DNA of 64,000 bases from Carcharhinus amblyrhynchos (lineage: Eukaryota). The notes below the pieces were generated by a model that had not been told where the DNA came from, searched no databases, and saw only the letters and a program-made list of their open reading frames with translations. The translations under genes were made by a program, and so were the position numbers. Below are positions 1 to 11,690 of this stretch, piece by piece (position 1 is the stretch's first letter; the number at the start of each line of letters is the position of its first letter). Where the stretch lies: contig OZ336870.1 of NCBI GenBank assembly GCA_965287045.1, positions 154,690,001 to 154,754,000 of the forward strand, given 5' to 3'.

Positions 1-2811
1 ATCCCTGGAGCAGTATGTGGATAGCCCGACCAGGGAGGGGGCTATACTGGACTTGGTTCTGGGGAATGAGCCTGGGCAGGTGGTTGACGTTGAAGTAGGA
101 GAGCAGGTGGCTAACAGTGACCACAACTCTGTCTGGTTTAAGATATTAATGGATAAAGATGAAGCCTGTCCTAAGGGGAGGGTGTTAAACTGGGGGAGGG
201 CTAGATACAACCGGATTAGGCAGGATCTTAAAGATACGGACTGGGGTAAGCTGCTTGATGGCAGGTCGACGCTGGGTATGTGGGAGTCTCTCAAGGGAAA
301 ACTAAAATCTTTGCAGGAAAGGCACGTGCCGGTCAAGAGGAAGGATGGGAAGGGTAGGATTAGAGAGCCGTGGGTAACTAGGGATATTGAGGACCTGGTC
401 AGGAGGAAGAGGGAGGCGTACATTAGATCTAGGCATTTGAGGACAGAGATAGCGTTAGAAGAATACAGAGAATGTAGGAGAGAACTTAAAAGGGGCATCA
501 GAAAGGCAAAAAGGGGCCATGAAATGGCTTTGGCGGGTAGGATTAAAGAAAATCCGAAGGCATTTTACTCCTATGTTAGAAATAAAAGGATGGTTAGAGG
601 GAAGATTGGTCCTCTCAGGGACAGAGGAGGGGAACTATGCTTGGAGCCTGGGGGAATGGGGGAGATCCTGAATGAATACTTTGCGTCGGTATTCACGCAG
701 GAGAGGGGCCTGATGTCTGGTGCTGTGCTTGAGGAGTTTGAGGATCCGTTGAGGGATATAGTCATCACGAGGGAAGAGGTGTTGGGACTTTTAGACAGTA
801 TAAAGACGGATAAATCTCCAGGGCCTGATGGCATCTATCCCAGGCTGTTAAGGGAGGTGAGGGATGAAATTGCTGGGCCTCTGACGCAAATCTTTGTCTC
901 TTCTTTGGACACAGGTGAGGTCCCAGAGGATTGGCGCATTGCAAATGTAGTACCGTTGTTTAAGAAGGGTCAGAGGGATAACCCAGGGAATTATAGGCCG
1001 GTGAGCTTGACTTCAGTTATAGGCAAGCTAATGGAGAGGATCCTCAAGGATAGGATGTATGAACATCTGGAGCGCTGCAATCTGATCAGGGATACGCAGC
1101 ATGGCTTCGTTACAGGGAGGTCATGCCTTACGAATCTAGTGGAATTTTTTGAAGAGGTGACAAAAACGGTTGACGAAGGACAAGCCGTTGATGTTGTCTA
1201 TATGGATTTCAGTAAGGCGTTTGACAAGGTCCCTCATGGTAGGCTGATAGAAAAGGTGAAGGCTCATGGGATACAAGGCCAGGTATGTAGATGGGTGGAG
1301 AACTGGCTTGGGAGGAGGAGACAGCGAGTAGTAGTGGAAGGCTCCTTTTCCAATTGGAGGCCTGTCACCAGTGGTGTGCCGCAGGGCTCGGTACTTGGAC
1401 CTCTTCTATTTGTGGTATATATTAATGACTTGGAAGAGGGGGTAGGTGGTGTGATCAGCAAATTTGCTGATGACACCAAGATGGTTGGATTGGCGGGTAC
1501 TGAGGAGCAGTGCCTGGCAATGCAACAGGACATAGACAGGCTGGTAGATTGGGCAGATAGATGGCAAATGGAATTTAATCCGGAGAAATGCGAGGTGATG
1601 CACTTTGGCCGGAATAATGTGGAGGGGAGTTATACGATAAAAGGTAGAACTATCCGGAGTATAGATACGCAGAGAGACCTGGGGGTGCAAGTGCATAAGT
1701 CCCTGAAGGTGTCGGTACAGGTGCAGAATGTGATGAGGAAAGCGTATGGTATGTTAGCCTTCATAGGAAGAGGTATAGAATATAAGAGTAGGAGTCTGAT
1801 GTTGCAGTTGTATAGAACGTTGGTTAGGCCTCACTTGGAGTACTGCGTCCAGTTCTGGTCGCCGTACTACCGGAAGGATGTAGAGATCCTGGAGAGAGTG
1901 CAGAGGAGATTTACCAGGATGTTGCCTGGTATGGAAGGGCTGTCTTACGAGGAAAGATTGGATGAACTTGGGCTGTTTTCCCTTGAGAGACGTCGGCTGA
2001 GGGGGGATCTAATAGAGGTTTATAAGATTATGAAGGGGATAGATAGAGTAAATGGTGGTAAGCTTTTTCCGCTACAAGAAATGGATAGAACGAGGGGTCA
2101 CGGGCTTAGGGTGAGGGGGGCTAGGTATAAGACAAATATTAGAGGGCAGTTTTTCACGCAAAGGGTAGTGGGGGTGTGGAATGCACTGCCGAGTAAGGTG
2201 GTGGAAGCAGGCACGCTAGGGTTGTTTAAGAGTCACTTAGACAGCCATATGAGCGGGCTACATATAGGGGGATATAGTAGGCCTTACTGAACATTGTAGG
2301 CTTGGGAATACGTTTTGCCTCAGGAATGTTAGTCTTTGCCTGTTTAATAATGAATTTTTTTGTCTCCACAGGCATTTAAGTCCAGCAAGGGGCATGCAGG
2401 CGGCAGGTTGTGGTGGGCTGCTCTTGGATGTTGCTTCGGGAGTTGCCTATTGCTTCATGTCGTTAGTGTGCTTAAACTGGACCATCTCGAGGGCAACATG
2501 ACAGCTCAGAGACTATCTCTGTTGCTGTGCGGACACATGGATTTGGGCCTGTGTCTGTGGGAGTTTGCACGTTCTCCCCGTGGTTGCGTGGGTTTCCTCC
2601 GGGTGCTCCGGTTTCCTCCCACATCCCCCAAAGATGTGCTTTTAGGCTGATTGGGTACTAAAATTGTCCCTAAATTGGACCTCCCTGATCCTCGCACGTT
2701 AGGCGTAGACTAAAATCATGAATAGGTCACTGAGATAGTAGGACGGCGGCGCGGGCTCGTTGGGCCGAAGGGCCTGTTTCCCGTGCTGTGTTGTTCTTTG
2801 TTCTTTGTTCT
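1..2811 (+). mobile_element. Young CR1-clade (HER1-like) LINE, 5' part outside window, with long 3' UTR and (GTTCTTT)n tail
   Basis: Open ORF2 to 2290, then about 520 nt of 3' UTR ending in the GGGCCGAAGGGCC stem-loop and GTTCTTT repeats (2744-2811). Many CpGs retained. Confidence 0.93.
2..2290 (+). CDS. CR1 LINE ORF2 (end of APE endonuclease, reverse transcriptase, C-terminal domain), 5'-incomplete
   Basis: Frame open from base 2. Motifs: PTREGAILDLVL and SDHNSV (endonuclease end), KSPGPDGI, NYRPVSLTS, QHGF, DFSKAFDKVPH, GVPQGSVLGPLLF, FADD, RPHLEYCVQFWSP, FFTQRVV. No stops. Confidence 0.95.
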   Translation, partial: SLEQYVDSPTREGAILDLVLGNEPGQVVDVEVGEQVANSDHNSVWFKILMDKDEACPKGRVLNWGRARYNRIRQDLKDTDWGKLLDGRSTLGMWESLKGKLKSLQERHVPVKRKDGKGRIREPWVTRDIEDLVRRKREAYIRSRHLRTEIALEEYRECRRELKRGIRKAKRGHEMALAGRIKENPKAFYSYVRNKRMVRGKIGPLRDRGGELCLEPGGMGEILNEYFASVFTQERGLMSGAVLEEFEDPLRDIVITREEVLGLLDSIKTDKSPGPDGIYPRLLREVRDEIAGPLTQIFVSSLDTGEVPEDWRIANVVPLFKKGQRDNPGNYRPVSLTSVIGKLMERILKDRMYEHLERCNLIRDTQHGFVTGRSCLTNLVEFFEEVTKTVDEGQAVDVVYMDFSKAFDKVPHGRLIEKVKAHGIQGQVCRWVENWLGRRRQRVVVEGSFSNWRPVTSGVPQGSVLGPLLFVVYINDLEEGVGGVISKFADDTKMVGLAGTEEQCLAMQQDIDRLVDWADRWQMEFNPEKCEVMHFGRNNVEGSYTIKGRTIRSIDTQRDLGVQVHKSLKVSVQVQNVMRKAYGMLAFIGRGIEYKSRSLMLQLYRTLVRPHLEYCVQFWSPYYRKDVEILERVQRRFTRMLPGMEGLSYEERLDELGLFSLERRRLRGDLIEVYKIMKGIDRVNGGKLFPLQEMDRTRGHGLRVRGARYKTNIRGQFFTQRVVGVWNALPSKVVEAGTLGLFKSHLDSHMSGLHIGGYSRPY

Positions 2812-2824
2812 ATAATTCCTTTCA

Positions 2825-3470
2825 ATTTCTAGTGTATTGTAACTTTGTGATTGTGGATTGGACCAGTCGTCAAAGGTTATGAGTTCAAATTGTACCATAA
2901 CAAGTTGTGAAATTGAATTTGTAGGCTGGCACTGGGGTAAACATGACTACAAAATCTGATGATTGTCATAAAAACACATACCGTCTTGCAGAGAAGGGAC
3001 CCAACTGCTTCTAACTGGTCTAGCCTACATGCAACTCTCGTCCCATACTACTTGGTTGACCCTTAATACTCAGGGTTAAAAAAGGTAGCATGATGGCACA
3101 GTGGTTAGCACTGCTGCCACACAGCGCCAGGGACCCAGGTTTGATTCCCCTCTTGGGTCACTGTCTATGTGGAGTCTGCACGTTCTCTCCTTGTCTGCAT
3201 AGGTTTCCACCGGGGTGCTCCAGTTTCCTCCCACAAAGATGTGCAGGTAAGGTGGATTTGCCAGACTGAATTGTCCGTTTGTGTCAGGGGGGCTGGCTAG
3301 GGCAAATTCATGGCGGTATGGGGATAAGGCCTGGTGGGATTGTGGTCTTTGCAGACTCGATGGGCCTAATGGCCTCCTTCTGAACTGTAGGGATTCTATG
3401 GATTCTACTCTCAGACCAACTAGGTGAATGACAATGGCCTTTTCAGTATTGCCCATATGAAAAAATGCAT
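2825..3470 (+). mobile_element. Old tRNA-type SINE interrupted by a V-SINE
   Basis: GAGTTCAAAT B-box-like head and TGGTTGACCCTTAA. The 3' part resumes after 3407 and resembles the reverse complement of the LINE end at 6470 and 36730. Confidence 0.45.
3084..3407 (+). mobile_element. HE1-type V-SINE with CR1-type tail
   Basis: A-box TGGCACAGTGG, B-box-like GGTTTGATTCCC, V-domain GGAGTCTGCACGTTCTC...TTTCCTCCCAC, tail GGATTCTATGGATTCTA. Confidence 0.92.
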
Positions 3471-3494
3471 TTTAAGACTCATGTAGGTATTTGA

Positions 3495-3630
3495 CAAGGC
3501 TCTGTCAATGGGTCATCCTAACTTGAAATGTTGGCCCTATTCCATCTCCACAGATGCTATCATTATCTGCAAGATTTTCCAGCATTTTCTGTTTCAGATT
3601 CCAGCGTCCGCAATATTTTGCTTTTATTTA
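3495..3630 (+). repeat. Single-arm copy of the Penelope-related hammerhead-bearing repeat
   Basis: CTGTCAATGGGTCATCCTAACTTGAAATGTTGG...CTCCACAGATGCT...TTTTCCAGCATTTTCTG matches the right arm of 35315-35525. Confidence 0.65.
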
Positions 3631-6469
3631 TTTGAAAAGGCTTTATTGGCAGGAGCATTACACTGCCTAGAAACCTCTGGCTTTTTAGAACATGTCTGAA
3701 TTGTTCCTTCACTATTTCATAACAAGTGTGATGGAAAAGTATTGAACTTATTGGTTGGGAAACTTTTATGGGATTAGTTCCTAATTGGTTATGTAAAGGG
3801 AACATCATCTAGCAACCTTTACTATTAAGTCAAAACTCCTTTGTTCCTTGTGTCTATGTCTGATTGTTAACATTAAGGACTTCCATAATCGGCTTGTGAA
3901 CAATACGTCTTGTAGAATTTAAATAAAGCACATTATTATTTCAGCAATACCAAGTTGGAGAGGTTTTACCCTATGACTGCTTCCAAAATTGATCAGTCTC
4001 ATTGGTATGCAGATTACATGTTTAGAATGTATTGTGTGATTGGGATGTGAAGTCTTACGTACTGGTTCTAAAGTCACATTTAATTAGGTGAGGCTTATCT
4101 CTGACTGCCAGAATATGGTATCTTGACATACCTTTAGGGCAATTCATAATTTGTAACTATTTGTAATTATAACTGCATTAGAAAAAGGGAATAATAAGGC
4201 AATGCAAAATTGTCACAGATGAGAACCTGATCAAATAGAACTTAAAGTGCCTTCATGAGGCTCAATTTAGGGTTATTCATAATGTTAAAGCTTTTCATCA
4301 ATCTGTGCCTAAAAATGGCCTTCGTACTGTCTAAACTTTCACTCCATGTTACCTGATGTTTACTTCTTGTGATGTGATAACCATGTAATTTTTGTTTCAA
4401 TACTGTTAGTCCAAAGAAGGCTTACAAAATTCTCTTTGAGAAGCGGCCCAAATATTGGCAGATCCCAAGATCAAAGCTGAATTTTAAATTTATTTGTGCT
4501 AAAGTAGTGGACATTTACTCTCCTGTCTGGCTCTTTGCTGCTATTGTGCAGTTTTAATGCCCCAAAGTGCACAGCAGCGATGCTTGCAATGTTTCTTTAG
4601 TTCTACAGTAAGGTAGGAGTAATACTTAAGAGTAATATTTCATTGCAGCAGATTTTAATTAATCACCAAGAAATTAATATTTCAAGTCAGGTGACATTAA
4701 AAAACTGGAAACAAGGCTGGCTGCATTTGTCCAGAGAAAAATGGGTTAATGTTTAAAAGCTGTGGCTTTTCATTAAATCATTTGACAATCAAATCTAGTG
4801 TTTTGAGATTTCACATTTCTCAAGGCCACAATTCTTGAGCTAAGTGAATGGTGCCTTGTTCTTCAACTTATTTTTCCTTTTGGCGAAGGTTGTCAATCCT
4901 TTACCGAGGTTTCTCATTTTTGTTCTTGCCTCAAAAATGATTCTGATGATTGTCAACAGGAATGAACATCTTGTACCATAATTAATTAACTGGGTGAGGA
5001 AATTAGGTTCTCAATGTATTAATAAGAAATTATTGGTTGAGTTTGAGTCAAGGAGTATAACTTAGTAGGTTCATATAAATTACAGTCTATTTAATTTGAA
5101 CTAGTTACGAGCTTTATTGAAATAGCAAGCAAGCAATCATTTAGAAAGCAAAAGTCTGCGCTGCAACCATCCATAACCACATGATATGGCTCCATTTCAT
5201 TCAGTGAGTCCATCAGATCATTACTAATCTGATAGTTAGGTTAACCGAGGATGACTTTGTGGTTTCCTTCAATCTGGGGAAGGTTGGCGTTCCTTCCAGA
5301 CTGGGCCTTCCAGACGAGTGTCTGGTTTAAAGCAATTTTATCCCTGAGATGTGGAATGTGACCAAATAATGCTTGACAGTGGTAATTAATACTGATTTTA
5401 ATCTTCTCGAATCCAGTTTTCTTTGTTATATCTATGTTGCAGCCTAAGTTGAGCCATCAATTCACAGCAGTTAACCTTGACCGTGCATTTGAAGTGCTCT
5501 CTTAGTGACTTGCTTAAACAGTATTCATGTTTCAGGACAACTCAAGTTTTTTTTAGGTTTTATGGGGATTTGAACCATCTTTTGATTTCAGATCTTGGCA
5601 AGCAGTTAAGAAAATTTTCCTCAGCCTATCTGGCTCGCAAAATACAACTGATAGCAATTTGCTACTTAATTTAGTAAATCATCCACTTCTTCCAACCTCC
5701 ATACATCCCTGATGCTTTAAATTGTAGCTGATTGCACTGATATTCTGAATGCTTATCTTTGCTGACGAAATCAAACAAAGGCTGATTGCCTTTGACCCAA
5801 TGTTTTCTGATGCAACTTTGAGATTACTTGCACCCTAATCAATAAGAATGGCATGCTCCAAGTTGCCCGGTTTGGAAATTTCAGTCATTCAGATGAAGAT
5901 CCAGTTCATTCCATGATGAATCAGGTTTGAAGCCAGGCCACATTCTGAATTACACCAGATCAGGTGTAGAGTATCTTAGACTTGTGGTTCCCTGGTTGGA
6001 CTCATATTCCCAGTGCACTAAACCTTGAATGAGCTTCAGGAAGGTGTTAAAAACACTGATGCCTTATAAAGCCTTCCACAGGGACTTTCTGTCAACAGAG
6101 TGTTATGTATTCAACTGCTAGGGGTGTCACTTGTGGGGTTTCAATCCTATGACAATGTCTGTTACTATTCTTATTCCTACACTGGCTGAGTCTGTATTGT
6201 CTGACAGACTACCAAGCGTGTTCTGTTTGTGTTGCATAGAGACAAAGAATTTATTGATGAGTTCTTAATTCTCACAGACACATTGTACATTGTATATCAT
6301 ATAAGATACACTTCTTTGTTGTATCAAAGGGTAATTAATGATGAGGTGATGATCAATATTGATGCTTTTGCCTCTCTTAACCTGGTATGGTTTAATTATC
6401 CTGCAATTGCAGACTAATAAACCATTGAGCTCCTTACTTTTCTGACTGTTGTTTGATCTCCAGGTTTTC

Positions 6470-7030
6470 TCCTTTCTGTTCATGGCATGTCGGCATTGTC
6501 AACAAGTCGGTATTTATCGTCCATCACCAATTTCCCTTGAGAAGGTGGTAAGTCTTCTATGGCTACCGTCCATTTGGTGCAGGTACACCCACAGAGCTGT
6601 CTAGGGAGTGCCAGGATTTTGATGCAGTGGTGATGAAGGAACGACAATATAGTATGAAGTCTGGACAGTGTGCAACTTGGAAGGGAAACTCTACATGGGT
6701 TACTTCCCATGTGCCAGCTACTCTTGTTATTCTGGGTGATAGAGGTCACTGGAAGGTGTTGTTGAAGGAGCTTTGGCACTTTGTTACAGTGTACCTGGTG
6801 TATGGTTCACACAGCAGCTATGGTGTGGTAGTGGTGGGAATACATATTTAAGGCTGATGTCTGTCCAGGATTGTGTAATGCTCCTTGCGTGTCCTTGGGG
6901 CTGCACCTCATACAGACAAGTGGGAGTATTCGATTATCCCACGGATGTGTGCCTTGGAAATGGTGGAAGGACTTTGGAAGTCAGGAGGTGAGTTACTTAC
7001 CTCATAATATCTAGCTTCTAACCTGCTATT
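6470..7030 (-). mobile_element. Degenerate 3' end of a CR1/L2-group LINE
   Basis: Homologous to 36730-36910 (TTCATGG..ATGT...CTTGAGAAGGTGG...GGTACACCC.CAG.GCTG); frames disrupted. Confidence 0.6.
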
Positions 7031-7789
7031 GCTGCCACAGTAGTTGTCTCATGGGTGTCACAATGTCTGTTTCAATTGCCTGCGCTGTTAATATAACATG
7101 ATTTAAAAGAGAGGAGTCTCAATGGGATATTAATGTTTATTGTTCCAGAGATGAATGGATCAAATATAGTTTCTAACCTACCTCTGAGGCAGCCTAGTAT
7201 CGCATTCAAGTTTCCAAGCATGATGAGTTTGTGATGTAGCTGCGCATGTGTATCACCCCTGTTAACTGCTGATGGAATTTGTCTTTTTGCATCTCAGTGG
7301 GTACATAAACCACAATAATGAATACCTGTCCATGACAGTACACCAACCTGCCACATGAAAGTTGATCATAACTAGAATCCCACCTAGCAAGTGTTTTATT
7401 GTAGGGTGGTCAATCTGATCACAAAGTCAGCTTCTCTGCAGTGCAGAATACTCATGGCCTCCAAAAATTAGGAATTATTAATAATGAGTCTGCCTCAGTT
7501 ATTCCAACAACTGCAATGTTTTATTTGTTTTATTCATAGGCCAACAATAGATGATATCCAATTCTATGTACATTCAGTCTCCTTGGGACTAAGAAAATAC
7601 AGAGCAATATTTTGAAGTGTGCACCAAACCCCTTCTTAGATAGCCTTTCACTCATAATTATTAATTTTTGAGCTCAGAATTGGAAAACACTTCAGCCAGC
7701 TAAAAAAAAATGCTATTTTTAACCCTGAGAGAGAGAGAAATAAAATATTGTAGTCCCCACTCTCAGTACTTTTTTAGATAAAAACTCAA

Positions 7790-9150
7790 GCTTATGTAAT
7801 GATACTTTCAGTGCTTTCCTTTCTCAAACTCTCCACTCAGCAACGTCTCATCCTTGGTGATTTCAGCCTTTATTTCAAATCATTATGCTTTCTGCACTAT
7901 GACTTCATTGCCCTCCTAGCCTTGCCATCTCTCTTTAACTCGTTTACCTAGATTCAGTTGTCCACATTGTCATTTCACTTGTTCACTCTACTCACGTTAA
8001 TCACAAACAAGGCAAACTCTGGTCATTTCCACATATCCCACTCCAAACATTACGTCCCTTCCATCTCCCAATCTCACTTCCTCTCTGTTCCCTCCCCCGC
8101 CCTACCCTCCTGGGGAAGTTCTTATGCATTAATTATAATGGCATGTTCAAATTGTATGTGGAGTATAACATTAGCAAATGTGAGGTTATGCACTTTGGTA
8201 TAAATAATGGTAGGAGGGATTATTATTTAAAGGGTGAAAAGCTGCAGCATGCTACTGTGCAGAGGGACCTGGGGGTCCTTGTGCACGAATCGCAAAAACT
8301 CAGTCTGCAGGTGCAGCAGGTGATTAAGAAGGCGAATAGAATGTTGGCCTTTATAGTGAGGGGGATAGAATATAAAAGCAAGGAGGTCTTGCTGCAACTG
8401 TACACGGCACTGGTGAGGCCGCAACTGGAGTACTGTGTGAAGTTGTGGTCCCCTTATTTGCGAAAGGATATATTGGCCTTGGGGGGAGTACAGAGAAGGT
8501 TCATCAGGCTGATACCAGAGATGAGGGGGTTAGCTTATGAGGAGAGATTGAATAGAGTGGGCCTGTATTTGTTAGAGTTTAGAAGGCTGAGGGGGAGAAT
8601 CTTATAGAGACTTACAAGATAATGAAGGGGCTAGATAGGGTAGAGGTAGAGAGATTCTTTCCGCTTAGAGAGGAAATAGGGCACAGCCTCAAAATAAAGG
8701 TGGGGGGGGTGCAGTTGAGGAGGAACTTCTTCACTCAAAGGGTGGTGAATCTCTGGAATTCTCTGCCCGTTGAAGAGGTGGAGGCTACCTCGCTGAAAAT
8801 ATTTAAGTCATGGGTAGATAGGCTTCTGATAGACAAGGGAATTAAGGGTTATGGGGAGAAAGTGGGAAAATGGAACTGATCCACTTCAGATCAGCCATGA
8901 TCTTATTGAATGGTGGGGCAGGCTCGAAGGGCTGGATGGCTTACTCCTGCTCCTATTTCTTATGTTCTTATTAAATTCTCTATTTCCTAGTCTTTGGCTT
9001 TCCATTCATCACAACATTTCTGCAGCTGCTGACCTCATTGACCTCCATTGACTCCTTTATTTTACAACCTTTTCCATATGTTCCACAGCTTTACCCTTCC
9101 CTGTTCCCGAAATCCCCTCCGACCTGACAACTCTGCAAGAAGTCAGCATT
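7790..9150 (+). mobile_element. Old L2-like LINE remnant split by a CR1 insertion
   Basis: CTCATCCTTGGTGATTTC (LILGDF endonuclease-like motif). Pyrimidine-rich L2-like sequence lies on both sides of 8140-8970. Confidence 0.4.
8140..8970 (+). mobile_element. 5'-truncated CR1 LINE, frameshifted
   Basis: KCEVMHFG, QRDLGVLVH, RPQLEYCV, FFTQRVVNLWNSLP; tail TTTCTTATGTTCTTAT. Same subfamily as 53310-54857. Confidence 0.92.
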
Positions 9151-9387
9151 CCCCCATCCCTGGCATTGTGATTCCTATGACCACGTAAATATTTTGTGGA
9201 AGCAGCTCTTGACTGGAAACCAATATAAAACAGTATATGATATATTGAAGCTGAACTGTGATATAATCATTTTAAATTCAGAAGGTTTGCTCAGAATTCC
9301 CTTCAAGCATGACTGTGAGATAATCCTTTCATTAGTCACCACATTTTATTCATATGCATAATCATTGTTTTCAGTCTCACAGTATAA

Positions 9388-9746
9388 ATGGCACAGTGGC
9401 AAGCACTGCTGCTTCACAGTGCCAAGGATCTGGGTCAATTTCTGACCTTGGGTGACTGTGTGGATTTTGCAAGTTCCCCCCATGTCTGCGTGGGTTTCCT
9501 CCAGGGGCTCCAGTTTCCTCCCACACTTCAAAGATGTGCATGTCAGGTGGATTGGCCACGCCAAATTGTCCCTGAGGGTCCTCAGATGTGTAGGTTAGGT
9601 GGATTAACCATGGTAAATGCACAGGGGTTATGGGGGTATATCAGAGGAGGGTGAGTGGGCTTGAATAAGATGCTCGTTGGGAGAGTTGGTGCAGACTCAG
9701 TGGGCAGATTGGCCTCTTCTGCCCTGTAGGGATTCTATGATTCTAT
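9388..9746 (+). mobile_element. HE1-type V-SINE
   Basis: TGGCACAGTGG head, V-domain, GGATTCTATGATTCTAT tail. Confidence 0.9.
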
Positions 9747-9759
9747 AAATGAGAAAAAT

Positions 9760-10245
9760 ATCAAAACAACTTGCATTTACTTGGCATCTTTCAGGTGAAG
9801 CACCTCCATTGTGGAGTGCCTGTTGAAAAGTAGAAAACATGGCAACAAACCTACATTCAGCAAGGTCCAAAAGTAACAGTGAGATAATAGTCAAATTACC
9901 TCATGGCATTGCCCTATCACCCAACACGGTCACCTTCAGCTGCTCAGTCCTTCAGGAACTTTGCGCTCCACCAATTCTGGTTTCTTATGTATCTTTGATT
10001 TTCATTCTTCTGTCATTGACAGCCATGTTTTCAGCTGACTAGGCAGCTCTTGAATTCCTTTCTTCAATGCCTCCTCCTTGCTACCTTTCTCTCACCTCCT
10101 TTAAGGTGCTCTTTCAAAATTAACTAGTCAGCCAAGCTTCTGATCACCCATCCTGATATCTTCTTATTGGCTCGGAATCATATTTTGTATGCTGATACTC
10201 CTGTGGAGATTTTTGGGATATTACTCTATGAAAGTGTTGTAATGC
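9760..10245. repeat. Ancient SINE (Deu-domain-like, minus strand) followed by an L2-like 3' end
   Basis: ACAACTTGCATTTA...AAACATGGCAACAAACCTACATTCAGCAAGGTCC, then CCTTCAGCTG...TTTTCAGCTGACTAGGC...TTGGGATATTACTCTATGAAAGTG. Confidence 0.4.
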
Positions 10246-10396
10246 CACTTTCAATTTCAGAATCTTTGGGAAACAGTCTTTATATATACCAAACAATATA
10301 AGAGGATATGCTGGAATGTAAATTGATAATATTTGCCTCCTGAGGCCCTCCAGTGTGCAGCTAACAATACAAAAGTACAATACGTTTCACCACTCC

Positions 10397-10505
10397 CAGC
10401 CACATAAGTCGTGGGTGGAGAGGGGGACTGATGGTGTTGAGATGGCGGCGCGGGCTCATTGGGCCGAAGGGCCTGTTTCCCGGGCTGTTTTTGTTCTTTG
10501 TTCTT
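10397..10505 (+). mobile_element. Very short 3' fragment of a CR1 related to the 1-2811 element
   Basis: GGCGGCGCGGGCTCATTGGGCCGAAGGGCCTGTTTCCCG and the GTTCTTT tail are near-identical to 2745-2811. Confidence 0.85.
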
Positions 10506-10714
10506 AAAGAAAGGGGGTTAGATAGCAAAGACCAAACCATAAAAAGCAGTGAATGGTGGAGGAATGGAATTTTGGACTTCTTATTCCTAACCTACATTAA
10601 CTCTGATTTATGTTCACTTATTTAATTTATAGAAGCCATTGAGTTCAGATGTTCTGAAAAGTGAAATATGCCAGAGTGGTGCACACTTCACACAGCCACT
10701 GACAATTTCTGGTA

Positions 10715-11690
10715 TGATGTGGAGATGCTGGCATTGGACTGGGGTAAACACAGTAAGAAGTCTCACAACACCTTTGTCATCCATTACTTCCCCGGAGTGG
10801 AGAAGCTACGACATCTTCTCCGGAGCCATTGAATGAAGACAAACATCTCGCCAAGGCCATTCTCACACCCCTACTTCTTGCCTTCAGTGAACCACATGAC
10901 CTCAAATAGACCATTATCCGCAGCAAACTACCCAGCCTTCAGAACAGTGACCTTCACATCATGCAACCCTGCCACAGCAACCTCTGTAAGACATGCCGGA
11001 TCATCAACACAGATGCCATCATCTCATGTGAGAACACCATCCATCAGGTACACGGTACATACACTTGCAACTCGACCAACATTGTCTAGCTGATACGCTG
11101 AAGGAAAAGATGTCCCGAGGCATGGTACACTGGGGAGACCATGCTGACGCTACGACAATGGAAGGAATAAACACTGCTCGACAGTCACCAGGCAAGAATG
11201 TTCTCTTCCTGTTGGGGAACACTTCAGTGGTCACGGGCATTCGGCCTCTGATCTTTGAGTAAGCGTTTTCCAAGGCGGCCTTCATGACACACAACAGCAG
11301 AGTCACTGAGCAGAGACTGATAGCCATGTTCTGCACACATGAGCATGGCCTCAACAGGGATCTTGGGTTCATGTCACACGATCAGTAACCCCCACAACTT
11401 GCCCGGGCTTGCAAAATCTCACTAACTGTCCTGGCTGGAGACAATACTCATCTCTTTAACCTGTGCTTAACCCTCTCTGTCCACTCACATTATCTGTACC
11501 TTTAAGACTTGATTACCTGTAAAGACTCGCATTTCAACCATTATTTTGTAAGTTGAGTTTGTGTCTTTATACGCCCTGTTTGTGAACAGAACTCCCACTT
11601 ACCTGATGAAGGAGCAGCACACCAAAAGCTAGTGGCTTGTGCTACCAAATAAACCTGTTGACTTTAACCTGGTGTTGTGAGACTTCTTAC
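10715..11690 (+). mobile_element. Penelope-like element (PLE): GIY-YIG remnant, 3' pLTR with hammerhead remnant, inverted 5' tail, 13-bp TSD
   Basis: Decayed CKTC...TCNSTNIV*LIR*RKRCPEAWYTGET...GLNRD. 10753-10772 is the exact reverse complement of 11671-11690. TSD ACAATTTCT(G/A)GTA at 10702-10714 and 11689-11701. Confidence 0.88.
11595..11635 (+). ncRNA. Decayed minimal type I hammerhead ribozyme in the PLE pLTR
   Basis: CCAC..CTGATGA (11603-11609), stem II GGAGC...CACC, AAAA in place of GAAA, GCTA, GTGG. Most changes fit CpG decay. Confidence 0.6.

Noticed and set aside
571-1696. Minus-strand ORFs within the first CR1 (and similar ones at 31786-32476 and 54095-54620)
   Set aside because: Antisense shadows of LINE ORF2; no independent coding evidence.
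3084-3160. tRNA-like A/B boxes
   Set aside because: SINE heads followed by V-domains, not tRNA genes.
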